64,000 nt of DNA from Patescibacteria group bacterium. GTDB lineage: Bacteria > Patescibacteriota > WWE3 > JAMCXX01 > JBBTUG01. The translations under genes and the position numbers were made by a program. Below, in pieces: positions 19,630-29,680 of this stretch. Below the pieces are notes generated by a model, which worked only from the letters and a program-made list of their open reading frames with translations, ran no database searches and was not told where the DNA came from. The stretch spans positions 6,701 to 70,700 of the forward strand of contig JBBTUG010000006.1 in the NCBI GenBank assembly GCA_038063895.1, in the 5' to 3' direction. Position 1 is the first letter of the stretch. Each line of letters starts with the position of its first letter.

Positions 19630-20481
19630 TTATTCCAAAAAAGTCTGTAGCTTTGTCCGGGGACCACGGATAACGATAGTTTTATATTTTTCCAGTACAG
19701 GCTTTGGTTCTGGGGCGAATACCGGATCCTTAATTTGCGGGCCCTCTTTTTTTAGTAGACTCCGCTCAAGTACATAGGCTCGAGGCTCCGGCAAAGCTTC
19801 CGCTACTTCCTGAACTGCCCGGAGTGGGCAAGGGTAGTAATAATAGGAGGCGTCAAGGATAAATTGTTTGCGGAGGTTACGGCGGACGGAAATCCGGCTT
19901 TGGGGTAGCGCGACCATCTTTGGGACATTATTAATATATTCCTCCGGTATCCGGTAGTAGCGGCCCAGTCCGGCAATGGCCGAGGTATAGAGGTCCTGAG
20001 CGTCAAAAGAAACGGCGGGACATTGAATTACGGTTGTCTTTTCGGTGTTAATAATTTTTGGCAGGACGTTTTCCCCACTCAGGATTAGGAATTTCGGTTT
20101 TGTGATTTCCAGCCAGTATGTCAGGCTCTCGAGATTTCCGATGCCCATTTCCAGGATTAGGATATGGAAATAGGCTTTAGTGGTCAGCCATTGGCGGATA
20201 ATTTTGAAAAGCAGAGGCAGCCATTGCCAGTCGGCCGTCGGGTAGGACGGGCTTCCTAGGATGGTTAACGGAACGGAAAATTCGGATTCGGGTGACTCCA
20301 GGTTCCGCCGGGCCGGATATTTTTCGTGCAGGAGAGTATATACGGCTTCCCGGATAATGCCGGTTGGGCCGGTGCCGAGTACCGCAATCACGTCCGGCCG
20401 ATGTTTACTGATTACGGCACGGCTAAGGAATCTCAAGGCAATTCGCAGGGAACGCCGGGCGAACCGATGAATAACATTCAT
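19630..20481 (-). CDS. Degenerate Mur-ligase-like protein
   Basis: 'PDVIAVLGTGPTG' (broken P-loop), 'EFSVPLTILG', 'LILEMG', 'ILDASY'. Confidence 0.6.
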   Translation of the reverse strand: MNVIHRFARRSLRIALRFLSRAVISKHRPDVIAVLGTGPTGIIREAVYTLLHEKYPARRNLESPESEFSVPLTILGSPSYPTADWQWLPLLFKIIRQWLTTKAYFHILILEMGIGNLESLTYWLEITKPKFLILSGENVLPKIINTEKTTVIQCPAVSFDAQDLYTSAIAGLGRYYRIPEEYINNVPKMVALPQSRISVRRNLRKQFILDASYYYYPCPLRAVQEVAEALPEPRAYVLERSLLKKEGPQIKDPVFAPEPKPVLEKYKTIVIRGPRTKLQTFLE

Positions 20482-20567
20482 TCTGTAATTATATAACGTT
20501 TCGCCTCCGTTTTTCTGACAGTGGGGATAAGTGACGGGTCGGAGAGTGGTGCGTTACAATGGTTAAC

Positions 20568-21977
20568 ATGCCTGAAACTCTTCCCCGAAATCTAAAACAC
20601 ATTCATTTTGTCGGCATTAAGGGCGTCGGATTAGCTAACCTGGCTCTTTACGCCAAGCAACAGGGAATAAAAGTCACCGGGTCGGACGTGGCGGAAGTTT
20701 TCGTAACCGACTCGGTTCTGGCCGAAAACGGAATAGGTTGGAGCGTGGGCTTTTCCAGAGCGAATATTCCTGGAAACCCTGATTTAGTGATAGCCACGGC
20801 CGGTCACGGCGGTATGACTAATCCGGAAGTCGAAGGCGCAAAAGAAGCGGGTCTGAAGGTCTTAACATACGCTCAGGCGTTAGGCCTATTTATGGAAGGA
20901 AGTTACGGCATCTCGGTTTGCGGCGTCGGGGGAAAAGGTTCGACTTCTTCTCTTTTGGCTGAGGTACTGGTTAGTGCCGGGACGGACCCCAGTTACATTA
21001 TTGGCGTGGCCCGGATTAACCCTCTCGGTTTTGGCGCCCACTACGGGTTGGGGCCGCATTTTGTGGCCGAGGCGGATGATTACGTTGCCTGCCCGTTAAC
21101 GGACCGCCAGCCGAAATTTAATTACCAAAAACCCAAGATGATTATTGTGACTAATATTGAGTACGATCATCCCGACGTCTACCCGAATTTTAAAGCCACG
21201 AAAATAGCGTTCGCCAAGTTTTTTAACGCTCTTCCCGAAGACGGGCTACTGGTGGCCAATATTGATAATGCCGGAGTGAGAGAGGTTTTAAAGCAGTATC
21301 ACGGATGTCTGGCGACGTATGGTTTTTCTCCGGAGGCCGAATATCGAATTACCGGCGACAAACTTTCTCCCAATGAGCAGGACTTTAATGTGGCAGGAAT
21401 CGGTAATTTTCAGCTCCATATTCCCGGCCGCTACAACGTCCTGAATGCTGCTGCGGCGGCCGTGGCCGCCAGTAAACTCGGGCTTAGCCCGGAGAAGATT
21501 AAGGCCGGAATCGGCCAATTTCAAGGAATGTCTCGCCGGTTTGAATTCGTTGCCAAGATCAACTCAATCGATCTCTACGATGACTACGCCCACCATCCCC
21601 AAGAAATTGCCGGTCTGATTGACGCCTCCCGGGAATGGTTTCCGAACCGCCGGCTGATCATAATTTTTCAACCGCATACCTTCAGTCGGACCCGCGCGCT
21701 TTTTGAGGAGTTTGCGGCTGCTTTGGGGAAAGCTGATTTAATTCTTCTGCTCGATATCTACGCCTCCGCCCGCGAGCAGCCGGACCCCGGGGTCAGCAGC
21801 GAAACACTTTCCGGGGCAGTTAAAAAATATAATCAGAATGTTCACTACCTCCCGAAGACGGCGGATCTCACCGATTTCTTAAAAAAGAATAAAAAGTCCG
21901 GGGACGTGGTAATTACGGTCGGGGCGGGAGATATATTCCTGTCGCATCCGGTAATAATTAAGGCTTTAGAAAGATGA
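20568..21977 (+). CDS. murC: UDP-N-acetylmuramate--L-alanine ligase
   Basis: 'HFVGIKGVG', 'EAD', 'TNIEYDH', 'RRF', 'DDYAHHP', 'FQPH', 'GAGD'. Confidence 0.93.
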   Translation: MPETLPRNLKHIHFVGIKGVGLANLALYAKQQGIKVTGSDVAEVFVTDSVLAENGIGWSVGFSRANIPGNPDLVIATAGHGGMTNPEVEGAKEAGLKVLTYAQALGLFMEGSYGISVCGVGGKGSTSSLLAEVLVSAGTDPSYIIGVARINPLGFGAHYGLGPHFVAEADDYVACPLTDRQPKFNYQKPKMIIVTNIEYDHPDVYPNFKATKIAFAKFFNALPEDGLLVANIDNAGVREVLKQYHGCLATYGFSPEAEYRITGDKLSPNEQDFNVAGIGNFQLHIPGRYNVLNAAAAAVAASKLGLSPEKIKAGIGQFQGMSRRFEFVAKINSIDLYDDYAHHPQEIAGLIDASREWFPNRRLIIIFQPHTFSRTRALFEEFAAALGKADLILLLDIYASAREQPDPGVSSETLSGAVKKYNQNVHYLPKTADLTDFLKKNKKSGDVVITVGAGDIFLSHPVIIKALER

Positions 21978-23026
21978 AAACAGAAATGATTAAACAGCAA
22001 TTAGAAAACTTGTTAGGGCTCGGGAGGGTGGAGATAAATGTGCCGATGGCGGGGAAAACTTATTTCCGTCTCGGTGGGAAAGCCGATTTTTATTTCGAAG
22101 CCCGCAGCCGAGAGGACCTGGAAAAGGCCGTCGGGTGGGCGGAAAATGCCGGAATTACTTATTGTGTTTTCGGTCTGGGCGCGAATTTATTGGTCGGGGA
22201 TCGGGGAATAAGGGGAATAGCAATCAAGGTGGCCAATAATGATTTTGAAATTATCGGTCCTTACGAAAGTAGAGAAGTGGGAGGGGTAGCCGGAAGTTCC
22301 CATTATCAATCCTTTGACACCGCGAAATATTTAAAGTTTGATGATCTCGATACTCCCGAGCCGGCGCCGGATACGCTCGTCAGGGTTGGGGCCGGGGTTT
22401 CTCTTTCTCATCTGATTGGCCTCACACTCAAGCTAGGTTTGACCGGATTGCAGTATTTTTCGGGAATCCCTTCGACAGTTGGTGGTTGTGTTTATAATAA
22501 CGTCCATGGCGGTACAAAACTGTTTGAGCAATTTGTTGACCGGGTGGTTCTTTTAAACAAAAACGGCCAGGTAGAGGAGGTCCCGGGAAAAGAGATGGCG
22601 TTCTCTTACGATTACAGCCGGGTGCAAAAAACGGGTGAGATTGTGGTCGAGGTGTATTTAAAACTTAGCCATGGGGATACGGCCCGGGCAAAAGTTGTCC
22701 GAGAAGAATGGCTGAAAAGAAAGCTTAAGGTTCAACCGCAAATTAATTGTTCCGGCTGCATTTTTAAAAATCTGACCCCGCAGGAGGCGACGCGGATTGG
22801 CGCCCCGACGGTCTCGGCGGGTTGGGTGCTGGATATTGGTTTAGGGATGAAGGGAACCCGGATTGGAGGAGTAGCAATCTCCGAAAAACATGCTAACTTT
22901 TTCGTGAATACCGGTACCGGCACCGCCGCCGACGTTTTGGCTTTAATTAACTTAGCCAAGAAAAAAACAAAGGAAAAGTTTAATTTGGATCTCCAGGAAG
23001 AAATCCAGAAAGTTGGGGAATTTTAA
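21974..23026 (+). CDS. murB: UDP-N-acetylenolpyruvoylglucosamine reductase
   Basis: 'GG.A', 'G.G.NLL', 'GIP.TVGG', 'G.IFKN', 'HANF..N'. Confidence 0.93.
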   Translation: MKTEMIKQQLENLLGLGRVEINVPMAGKTYFRLGGKADFYFEARSREDLEKAVGWAENAGITYCVFGLGANLLVGDRGIRGIAIKVANNDFEIIGPYESREVGGVAGSSHYQSFDTAKYLKFDDLDTPEPAPDTLVRVGAGVSLSHLIGLTLKLGLTGLQYFSGIPSTVGGCVYNNVHGGTKLFEQFVDRVVLLNKNGQVEEVPGKEMAFSYDYSRVQKTGEIVVEVYLKLSHGDTARAKVVREEWLKRKLKVQPQINCSGCIFKNLTPQEATRIGAPTVSAGWVLDIGLGMKGTRIGGVAISEKHANFFVNTGTGTAADVLALINLAKKKTKEKFNLDLQEEIQKVGEF

Positions 23027-23028
23027 TT

Positions 23029-23871
23029 ATGGAAAAGAGGCAACCGATAATCTGGTACTTAGAAAACAAATTTATCCATTCCACGGATGCGAAAATTCCA
23101 ATCACCGATTTAGGCTTACAGCGGGGGTGGGGAGTCTTTGATTTTTTGCGGACCTACTCTGGTCAGCCTTTCCAGCTATCGGTGCACGTTGCGCGTTTTT
23201 TGCGTTCAACCAAAGGATCCTTGATTAATCTCAACAAATCCGCCGAGGAACTTACTCAATTGGTCAACCGATTGATTGCCCGTAACTCGGTGGTTGGGAG
23301 TGTCGGGATAAAGCTATTCGCCACGGCTGGGAATAGCCGTGATGGGCTGACAGGCGGGAAAAAGCCGACCTTTGGGATTATGCTTTTACCTCTCCATCGC
23401 TACCCCCGGGCAACGTATACTCGGGGAATTAAACTTGGTATTTATCGGGAGTTAAGGACAAATCCGGAGGTTAAATCCACCAACTACGCCGCGGTTCTCG
23501 TTAAAATGGCGGTGGAAAAACGCCGGGGTTTTGATGATATTCTTTACGTCGGGACGAATAATGTTGTTTATGAATCCGCCCGCAGTAATTTTTTTGCGTT
23601 GATTAACGGAACTTGGATAACGCCGAAGGAAGGGGTCTTGCCCGGAATTACCCGGAAGCTGGTGATTGGGTTGTCCCGAAAACGTTATCCGGTGAGGGAA
23701 GGGGTGCTGACTTTGGCGCAACTTAAAAAGGCCGGCGAGGCTTTTATCACTTCAACAGAGCGGGAGGTTATGCCGGTGGTGAAGGTGGGCAGCTTTCGCA
23801 TCGGAAACGGCAGGGTTGGGGATAAGACGAAACAACTAATGGCTGATTTTCACCGGTTTACTCTTCAATAA
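23029..23871 (+). CDS. Class IV PLP aminotransferase (D-amino acid/branched-chain type)
   Basis: 'RG.GVF', 'KSTNY', 'E....NFF', 'LPGITR', 'AFITST'. Confidence 0.88.
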   Translation: MEKRQPIIWYLENKFIHSTDAKIPITDLGLQRGWGVFDFLRTYSGQPFQLSVHVARFLRSTKGSLINLNKSAEELTQLVNRLIARNSVVGSVGIKLFATAGNSRDGLTGGKKPTFGIMLLPLHRYPRATYTRGIKLGIYRELRTNPEVKSTNYAAVLVKMAVEKRRGFDDILYVGTNNVVYESARSNFFALINGTWITPKEGVLPGITRKLVIGLSRKRYPVREGVLTLAQLKKAGEAFITSTEREVMPVVKVGSFRIGNGRVGDKTKQLMADFHRFTLQ

Positions 23872-25283
23872 TGACCCTCCAGGAACTGAAGGATAAAAAA
23901 ATTGCGATTCTCGGATGCTCGATTGAGGGCCTATCCTCAGCTAGGTTTCTTTTAACTCACGGAATCAGTTTTACGGTTTTGGATAAACAGTGTTTGTCTG
24001 AATTAGGAGAAGAAGCCTTACAGTTATCTGGTAACCAATTAATTAATTGGGAACTTGGCGAAAATCATTTAGACCGCCTCGAAGATTTTGAGGTTATCTT
24101 CCGCACTCCCGGTTTTCCTTTGTGGAATCAACGTTTGCAGGCGGCCCTTGCCGCCGGGGCCGAGGTTACTTCCCAGACTAAATTATTCTTTAGTCTCTGT
24201 CCGTGTCCGGTGATCGGAGTTACCGGAACTAAAGGGAAAGGAACAACAGCCACCCTCATTTCTCTGATGCTTAAAAAATCCGGCCGAGATGTTTACCTGG
24301 GCGGGAATATCGGGACTCCTCCGCTTGATTTTCTAGATAAGTTAAATCCCAGTTCCTTTGCGGTTTTAGAATTAAGTTCGTTTCAGCTCGAGGATCTTAA
24401 GGTCAGTCCAAAAATCGCCGTAGTTTTATTGATCACGGCGGATCACCTAGTCTCGCAGTCTTCGGAAAGTCCCAACTATCACAAGACGGTAAAGGAGTAT
24501 GTCACGGCCAAAAAGAAACTGGTTCAGTTTCAAACAATTTCGGATACGGCGGTTATTAGCGCAGATTGGGAAACCAGTTTAGCGATGGAAAAGGAAACAG
24601 CGGCGGAGGCGTATTTTTTCAGCCGACAGCGCGAGGTTAAGCGGGGAACCTTCGTCCAGGATAAAACGATTATTTTTGTTGAACAAGGCAGGAAGGAAGA
24701 TATTATCTCTGTTTCGGAGTTGCTTCTGCGCGGAGAGCACAACTGGGAGAACGTTTGCGCGGCCGTGACCGTCGCAAAATTGTGCAAGGTGGAAAATACG
24801 GCAATTAGCTCGGTGCTTCGGACTTTTAGAGGTTTAGCGAACCGCCTGGAGTTTGTTGCTAGTGCGGGTGGAGTTAATTATTACAATGACTCTTTTTCCA
24901 CGACTCCGGAAACGGCCGTTGCCGCCCTGCGCGCATTTTCTGAGCCGCTGATTATTATTCTCGGCGGATCGGAAAAAGGGTCTGATTATACAGAGCTTGG
25001 CCGGGAACTTCACGAGGCGAAAAACTTAAAAGCCGTTATTCTGATCGGAAATACGGCCGGTAAAATTGAGTCAGCGGTGGTCCGCGCGGGAGGTTTCCCT
25101 CCGAAAATTGAAGTTATAAAAAATCTGCCGGATATGCCGTCAATTGTTTCCGCGGCAGCGAAAATTTCAGCACCCGGAGATGTTGTTCTTCTCTCGCCCG
25201 CCTGCGCCTCTTTCGATATGTTTAAAAATTATAAGGAACGCGGAAATCAATTTACACTGGGGGCTAAAAAAATATGCGCCTAG
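23871..25283 (+). CDS. murD: UDP-N-acetylmuramoyl-L-alanine--D-glutamate ligase
   Basis: 'GTKGKGTT', 'GNIG', 'ELSSFQL', 'NDS..T', 'LLSPACASFD'. Confidence 0.95.
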   Translation: MTLQELKDKKIAILGCSIEGLSSARFLLTHGISFTVLDKQCLSELGEEALQLSGNQLINWELGENHLDRLEDFEVIFRTPGFPLWNQRLQAALAAGAEVTSQTKLFFSLCPCPVIGVTGTKGKGTTATLISLMLKKSGRDVYLGGNIGTPPLDFLDKLNPSSFAVLELSSFQLEDLKVSPKIAVVLLITADHLVSQSSESPNYHKTVKEYVTAKKKLVQFQTISDTAVISADWETSLAMEKETAAEAYFFSRQREVKRGTFVQDKTIIFVEQGRKEDIISVSELLLRGEHNWENVCAAVTVAKLCKVENTAISSVLRTFRGLANRLEFVASAGGVNYYNDSFSTTPETAVAALRAFSEPLIIILGGSEKGSDYTELGRELHEAKNLKAVILIGNTAGKIESAVVRAGGFPPKIEVIKNLPDMPSIVSAAAKISAPGDVVLLSPACASFDMFKNYKERGNQFTLGAKKICA

Positions 25284-26827
25284 ATAAACTTCTTGCCGAC
25301 TTCGGAATTACCGAAACAGATGGCGGACCGGAAATTATCGGGATTACTGACGACTCCCGAAAAGTAAAACCAGGATATTTGTTCGTAGCAGTAAAAGGGT
25401 TGGAGCATGATGGGCACAAATACATCGAACAGGCAATTATGGCGGGAGCGTGTGCGGTTGTGTTCGATGTAAAGTCAAAAGTTTCCGCCCAAGGCGGATC
25501 CGCCGAGGGAGGAAAAAGTCAAAAGTCAAAATTTTCAGGCACTATTTTCGTGGGTGTGAGAGGTTCAAGAAAGGCCCTAGGGCTTCTTTGGGCGGCGTGG
25601 TACGGGTATCCGGCCAAATCGTTAAGAGTCATCGGTGTGACCGGGACGGACGGAAAAACAACGACAGCTAACCTTATCTACCACCTGTTGAAATCGGCCG
25701 GAAAAAAAGTTGGCCTAATCTCGACGATCAACGCTCAAATCGGGAACGATAGTTTTGAGACCGGTTTCCACGTGACCAACCCGGAGCCGGAGTTGCTCCA
25801 AAAGTTTTTAAGATTAATGGTTGATCGGGGCACGGAGTTTGCGGTTTTGGAAGTAACCTCGCACGGAATTGATCAGGAACGGATTGCCGGAATCGGTTTT
25901 GAGATTGCCGTGGTTACGAACGTGGCGCGGGAGCATCTCGATTACCACAAAACGTATGAAAATTATCTAAATACAAAAGGGCGTCTACTCGCTTCCGACA
26001 AGGTAAGTATTCTCAATCGGGACGACAGCTCCTTCTCTTATTTAAAGAGTGTTTCCGGAGGCGAGGTGCTCAGCTACGGCATTCACCAAAAAGCTGATTT
26101 TCAAGCCACCAAGGTTACGCTACTTGGGGAATCCGCCGTATTTACCTTGGAGCCCGGTTCCGTTGAAGTAAAAATTAATCTGCCCGGAGAATACAATATC
26201 GCTAACGCTCTTGCGGCGGCGGCCGCGGCCTTCACTGTTGGGCTGAGTGGGAAGCAAGTCGCTGCAGGGCTTCAAAGTTTCCAGACGCTTCCGGGGAGGT
26301 TTGAGGAGATAAAGACCGGACGGGATTTCCGGGTCGTGGTGGATTTCGCGCATACGCCCAACGCGCTTGAGAGTGTCCTGTCTATTAGCCGTAAAATCCT
26401 GATCATACCCACACCCTTAGGGTCAAGGCTTCCCGACCCTAAGGACGAGAAACCGCAAGAGCCAAAATTAATTGTAGTTTTCGGGTGCGCGGGGGAACGG
26501 GACAGTGGGAAGCGGCCGCTGATGGGTGAGATTGCAGGCCGGTTGGCGGATATCTCGATCCTGACCGCGGAGGATCCCCGGCGCGAGGATGTTAACGGAA
26601 TTATTGAGCAAATTGCTGCGGGATGCCAAAAATCGGGTGAGCATATATTTATTAAAGAACCTGACCGGCGGAAGGCGATCGAATTGGCAATAAATATGGC
26701 CAAGGCCGGCGACTTAATTATTATCACCGGCAAGGGGCACGAGAAATCAATGTGCTTCGGGACAACAGAGTATCCGTGGAGTGATCAGGAAGTAGCAAAG
26801 GGTATTTTAGAAAGGAATAACAAATAA
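25274..26827 (+). CDS. murE: UDP-MurNAc-tripeptide synthetase
   Basis: 'DSR', 'GTDGKTT', 'EVTSH', 'HLDYH', 'DFAHTP', 'EDPR', 'GKGHE'. Confidence 0.95.
   Translation: MRLDKLLADFGITETDGGPEIIGITDDSRKVKPGYLFVAVKGLEHDGHKYIEQAIMAGACAVVFDVKSKVSAQGGSAEGGKSQKSKFSGTIFVGVRGSRKALGLLWAAWYGYPAKSLRVIGVTGTDGKTTTANLIYHLLKSAGKKVGLISTINAQIGNDSFETGFHVTNPEPELLQKFLRLMVDRGTEFAVLEVTSHGIDQERIAGIGFEIAVVTNVAREHLDYHKTYENYLNTKGRLLASDKVSILNRDDSSFSYLKSVSGGEVLSYGIHQKADFQATKVTLLGESAVFTLEPGSVEVKINLPGEYNIANALAAAAAAFTVGLSGKQVAAGLQSFQTLPGRFEEIKTGRDFRVVVDFAHTPNALESVLSISRKILIIPTPLGSRLPDPKDEKPQEPKLIVVFGCAGERDSGKRPLMGEIAGRLADISILTAEDPRREDVNGIIEQIAAGCQKSGEHIFIKEPDRRKAIELAINMAKAGDLIIITGKGHEKSMCFGTTEYPWSDQEVAKGILERNNK
25484..25513. 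repeat. Palindromic family B (TCCGCC-N3-GGCGGA x2), in-frame in murE, within an AAAAGTC heptamer array
   Basis: TCCGCCCAAGGCGGA TCCGCCGAGGGAGGA = SAQGGSAEGG. Confidence 0.8.
26411..26444. repeat. Palindromic family A copy 1 (in murE)
   Basis: ACAC-CCTTAGGGTC-AAGGCTTCCC-GACCCTAAGG. Confidence 0.85.
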
Positions 26828-26829
26828 TT

Positions 26830-28593
26830 ATGTGCGGAATATTTGGTTACATCGGAAATAGAAAACAAGCCGGACCACTCGTACTTGCGGGTTTGAAAAC
26901 ACTCGAATACCGCGGCTACGATAGTTGGGGAATTGCCTGGCTGGACAACGGTTCAATTAAAGTCATTAAAAAGGTCGGAAAAATCGGTCTGGCAGCGCCG
27001 AAATTCCCCCCGTCCTTTCTGGCCTTGGGCCAAACTCGGTGGGCGACACACGGGGGGGTAACGGTGGCAAACGCTCACCCTCATTTTGACTGTCACCGAC
27101 GGGTGGCGATTGTCCATAACGGGATCGTGGAGAATTACCAGGAGATTACAAAGAGCTTTAAAAAAACCCATCTTATCCGTTCCCAGACGGATACCGAAAT
27201 TATCAGTCATCTAATTGAGGAGGAGTTAGTGATTCGGAATAATTTTACGGTGGCAGTGAGAGCGGCTTTCTTACGCTTAAAAGGGCTTAATGCGGTGGTA
27301 GCTTTGGATAAGGATAACCGGCAGTTGGTCGCCGTTAAAAACGGGTCCCCTTTAGCAGTCGGTTTAGGCAAAGAGGAAAATTATCTGGCCTCCGACGCGC
27401 TGGGGATTGCGGAACACACTAAAAAAATAATTTATCTGGGAGATAACGAGTTGGCTGAAATTAGCGGCAAACGGGTTTCCCTTTACGATGTAAAAACCGG
27501 AAAACCGAAAAAAATAAAGATCAGTAAAATTGACTGGCAGCAAAAGGATGAAGGCTTGGGAAAATATCCCCATTACTTAATTAAGGAGGTTTATGACCAG
27601 CCCCGGGTGCTGGCGCGGATTAATAAAGAAGCGGGTGGCGACATCTCTTACTTGTCCCGGTTAATTGCCCGGAGTTTCGGGACCTATCTAATCGGTTGCG
27701 GTTCGGCCGCTTACGCCGCTTTAACCGGAACCTACTTTTTCAGTGAGATCGCGAAAAAGCACGTGAATTTTTCTATCGGGAGCGAATTTACTTTCCAGGA
27801 GCATTTTATTACGCCGAAAAGTCTGATCATCGCCCTTTCCCAAAGTGGTGAGACGGCGGATATCCTCGAAGCGGTAAAAAAAGCCAAAGCTCGGGGAGGC
27901 AAAATTGGCGCTTTAGTTAATGTTCCGGGCTCTTCTCTTTTCCGTCTGGCCGATTATAAAATTCTCATCGGAGCCGGACAGGAACACGCAGTTCTTTCGA
28001 CCAAAGCCTTCACCGGCCAAATCGCGCTTTTATTGCTAACAGCATACAGTTTAGCCGGTCAGGCGGAGTCGGGCCGCAAGGTACTGGCTCGCGCGGTCCG
28101 CTCGTTAAAAATTGTGTTAAATAACCATACTCAGCGTAGGGTTAAAAAATTAGCCGTTATGCTTAAGAATAAGGACCATGTCTACGTTATCGGGCGGGGT
28201 GTTTCTTATCCGGCGGCGCTCGAGGGCGCTTTAAAAATTAAAGAAGACAGTTATATCCACGCCGAAGGTTTTGCCGCGGGTGAGCTAAAACACGGGGTAA
28301 TTGCGCTGATTGAATCGGGAACACCTTGTTTTGTTATAGCCCCACCTGATGAGACTTTCCCTGCAGCGCTGGCGGGGGCGATGGAGATGAAAGCGCGGGG
28401 CGGAATAATAATCGGCCTGGCCGCTAGGAACAACGAAATCTTTGATTATTTTATTGAAGTGCCCGATTGCGGACAGGCGTCGATTATTCCCAATGTAGCC
28501 GTTTTCCAGACTTTAAGTTATTATTTGGCAGTGCTTCGGGGGGCGGATCCGGATAAGCCGAGAAATCTGGCTAAAAGCGTCACCGTGAAGTAA
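26830..28593 (+). CDS. glmS: Glutamine--fructose-6-phosphate transaminase
   Basis: 'MCGIFG', 'EYRGYDS', 'RWATHG', 'SQSGETAD', 'PRNLAKSVTV'. Confidence 0.97.
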   Translation: MCGIFGYIGNRKQAGPLVLAGLKTLEYRGYDSWGIAWLDNGSIKVIKKVGKIGLAAPKFPPSFLALGQTRWATHGGVTVANAHPHFDCHRRVAIVHNGIVENYQEITKSFKKTHLIRSQTDTEIISHLIEEELVIRNNFTVAVRAAFLRLKGLNAVVALDKDNRQLVAVKNGSPLAVGLGKEENYLASDALGIAEHTKKIIYLGDNELAEISGKRVSLYDVKTGKPKKIKISKIDWQQKDEGLGKYPHYLIKEVYDQPRVLARINKEAGGDISYLSRLIARSFGTYLIGCGSAAYAALTGTYFFSEIAKKHVNFSIGSEFTFQEHFITPKSLIIALSQSGETADILEAVKKAKARGGKIGALVNVPGSSLFRLADYKILIGAGQEHAVLSTKAFTGQIALLLLTAYSLAGQAESGRKVLARAVRSLKIVLNNHTQRRVKKLAVMLKNKDHVYVIGRGVSYPAALEGALKIKEDSYIHAEGFAAGELKHGVIALIESGTPCFVIAPPDETFPAALAGAMEMKARGGIIIGLAARNNEIFDYFIEVPDCGQASIIPNVAVFQTLSYYLAVLRGADPDKPRNLAKSVTVK

Positions 28594-28602
28594 GGTAGTA
28601 AT

Positions 28603-28677
28603 GCCACTAATCTTCTCCACGAATTAACCACGAATGGGAAGATTATTTGTGGACTATTCGTGAAGGGAATTCGTGGC
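28603..28677. repeat. Intergenic inverted array of CACGAAT/ATTCGTG units
   Basis: gccactaat..cacgaat..cacgaat...atttgtg..attcgtg..attcgtggc. Confidence 0.7.
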
Positions 28678-28695
28678 GTTAATTCCAAAAAAACT

Positions 28696-29679
28696 ATGAA
28701 GAATTTTAAAATTACCGTCATTGGTGGGGGCACCGGAACGTTTGTGGTGCTGCGCGGATTAAAAAATTATCCGGTCGACTTAACGGCTATTATTACCGTA
28801 ACCGACAGCGGCGGTTCGACCGGCCGTCTTCGGTCTGAGTTCGGATTTTTACCGGTGGGGGATTTGCGCCAATGCTTAGCGGCTCTGGCCGACGACGACA
28901 ATGAAGCCTTAATAAAGCTTTTAACCTACCGCTTCAATAAGGGAAGGGGAATTAAAGGGCATAATCTCGGCAATCTTATTTTAACAGGGCTGCGCGATAT
29001 TTTCGGCTCAGAGCCGAAAGCGCTGGAGCACGCCGCTTCTCTTTTCCGGATAAACGGAAATGTTCTACCGGTCTCTCTGTCCCAAGCAACGCTTGGCGCT
29101 GTTTATGAAAATGGGAAAAAGCTTATCGGCGAGCACGAGATTGATCAGCCGAGTTTTGGCGGAGGGCTGCGGGTCCGCCGGATTTTTCTCAGACCGGAAA
29201 TAAGCCTTTACGCTAAGGCGGCCAAAGCGATTGAGGATTCGGATTTGATAGTTCTCGGCCCCGGAGATATTTACACCAGTACCTCCCCCTGCCTTCTCGT
29301 CAACGGGATGAGAGAAGCGTTAAATAAATCCCGGGGACAGTTGGTTTACATCGTAAATTTAATGAACCGATATTCCCAAACCCACAATTTTAAAGTTTCC
29401 GATTATATTAGCGAAATTGAAAAGTACGCCTGTCGGCCGGTAGATGTTGCCGTTGTGAATACCGGAAAAATCCCGGCAAAATTTCTTAAGTTTTACCTTA
29501 AAGAACGGGCAACGATACCTCTTGATGATTTAGCGGAGAACGAAAAGGTGCACGTCATCCGTGGGGATTTCGCCCGCCGGCAGTTAATTGAAAAGGTGGC
29601 GGGGGATAAACTTCAGCGGAGTTACTTGCGTCACGACGAGGATAAACTGGCGCGGGCGCTGATTAAGATACTGCTGTAA
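28696..29679 (+). CDS. YvcK/GlmR family (UPF0052) protein
   Basis: 'GGGTG', 'DSGGSTG.LR', 'GDLR', 'GHNLGN', 'GPG..YTS'; follows glmS. Confidence 0.9.
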   Translation: MKNFKITVIGGGTGTFVVLRGLKNYPVDLTAIITVTDSGGSTGRLRSEFGFLPVGDLRQCLAALADDDNEALIKLLTYRFNKGRGIKGHNLGNLILTGLRDIFGSEPKALEHAASLFRINGNVLPVSLSQATLGAVYENGKKLIGEHEIDQPSFGGGLRVRRIFLRPEISLYAKAAKAIEDSDLIVLGPGDIYTSTSPCLLVNGMREALNKSRGQLVYIVNLMNRYSQTHNFKVSDYISEIEKYACRPVDVAVVNTGKIPAKFLKFYLKERATIPLDDLAENEKVHVIRGDFARRQLIEKVAGDKLQRSYLRHDEDKLARALIKILL

Positions 29680-29680
29680 A

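Noticed and set aside
26800-26830. glmS ribozyme
   Set aside because: glmS starts 2 nt after the murE stop, leaving no leader
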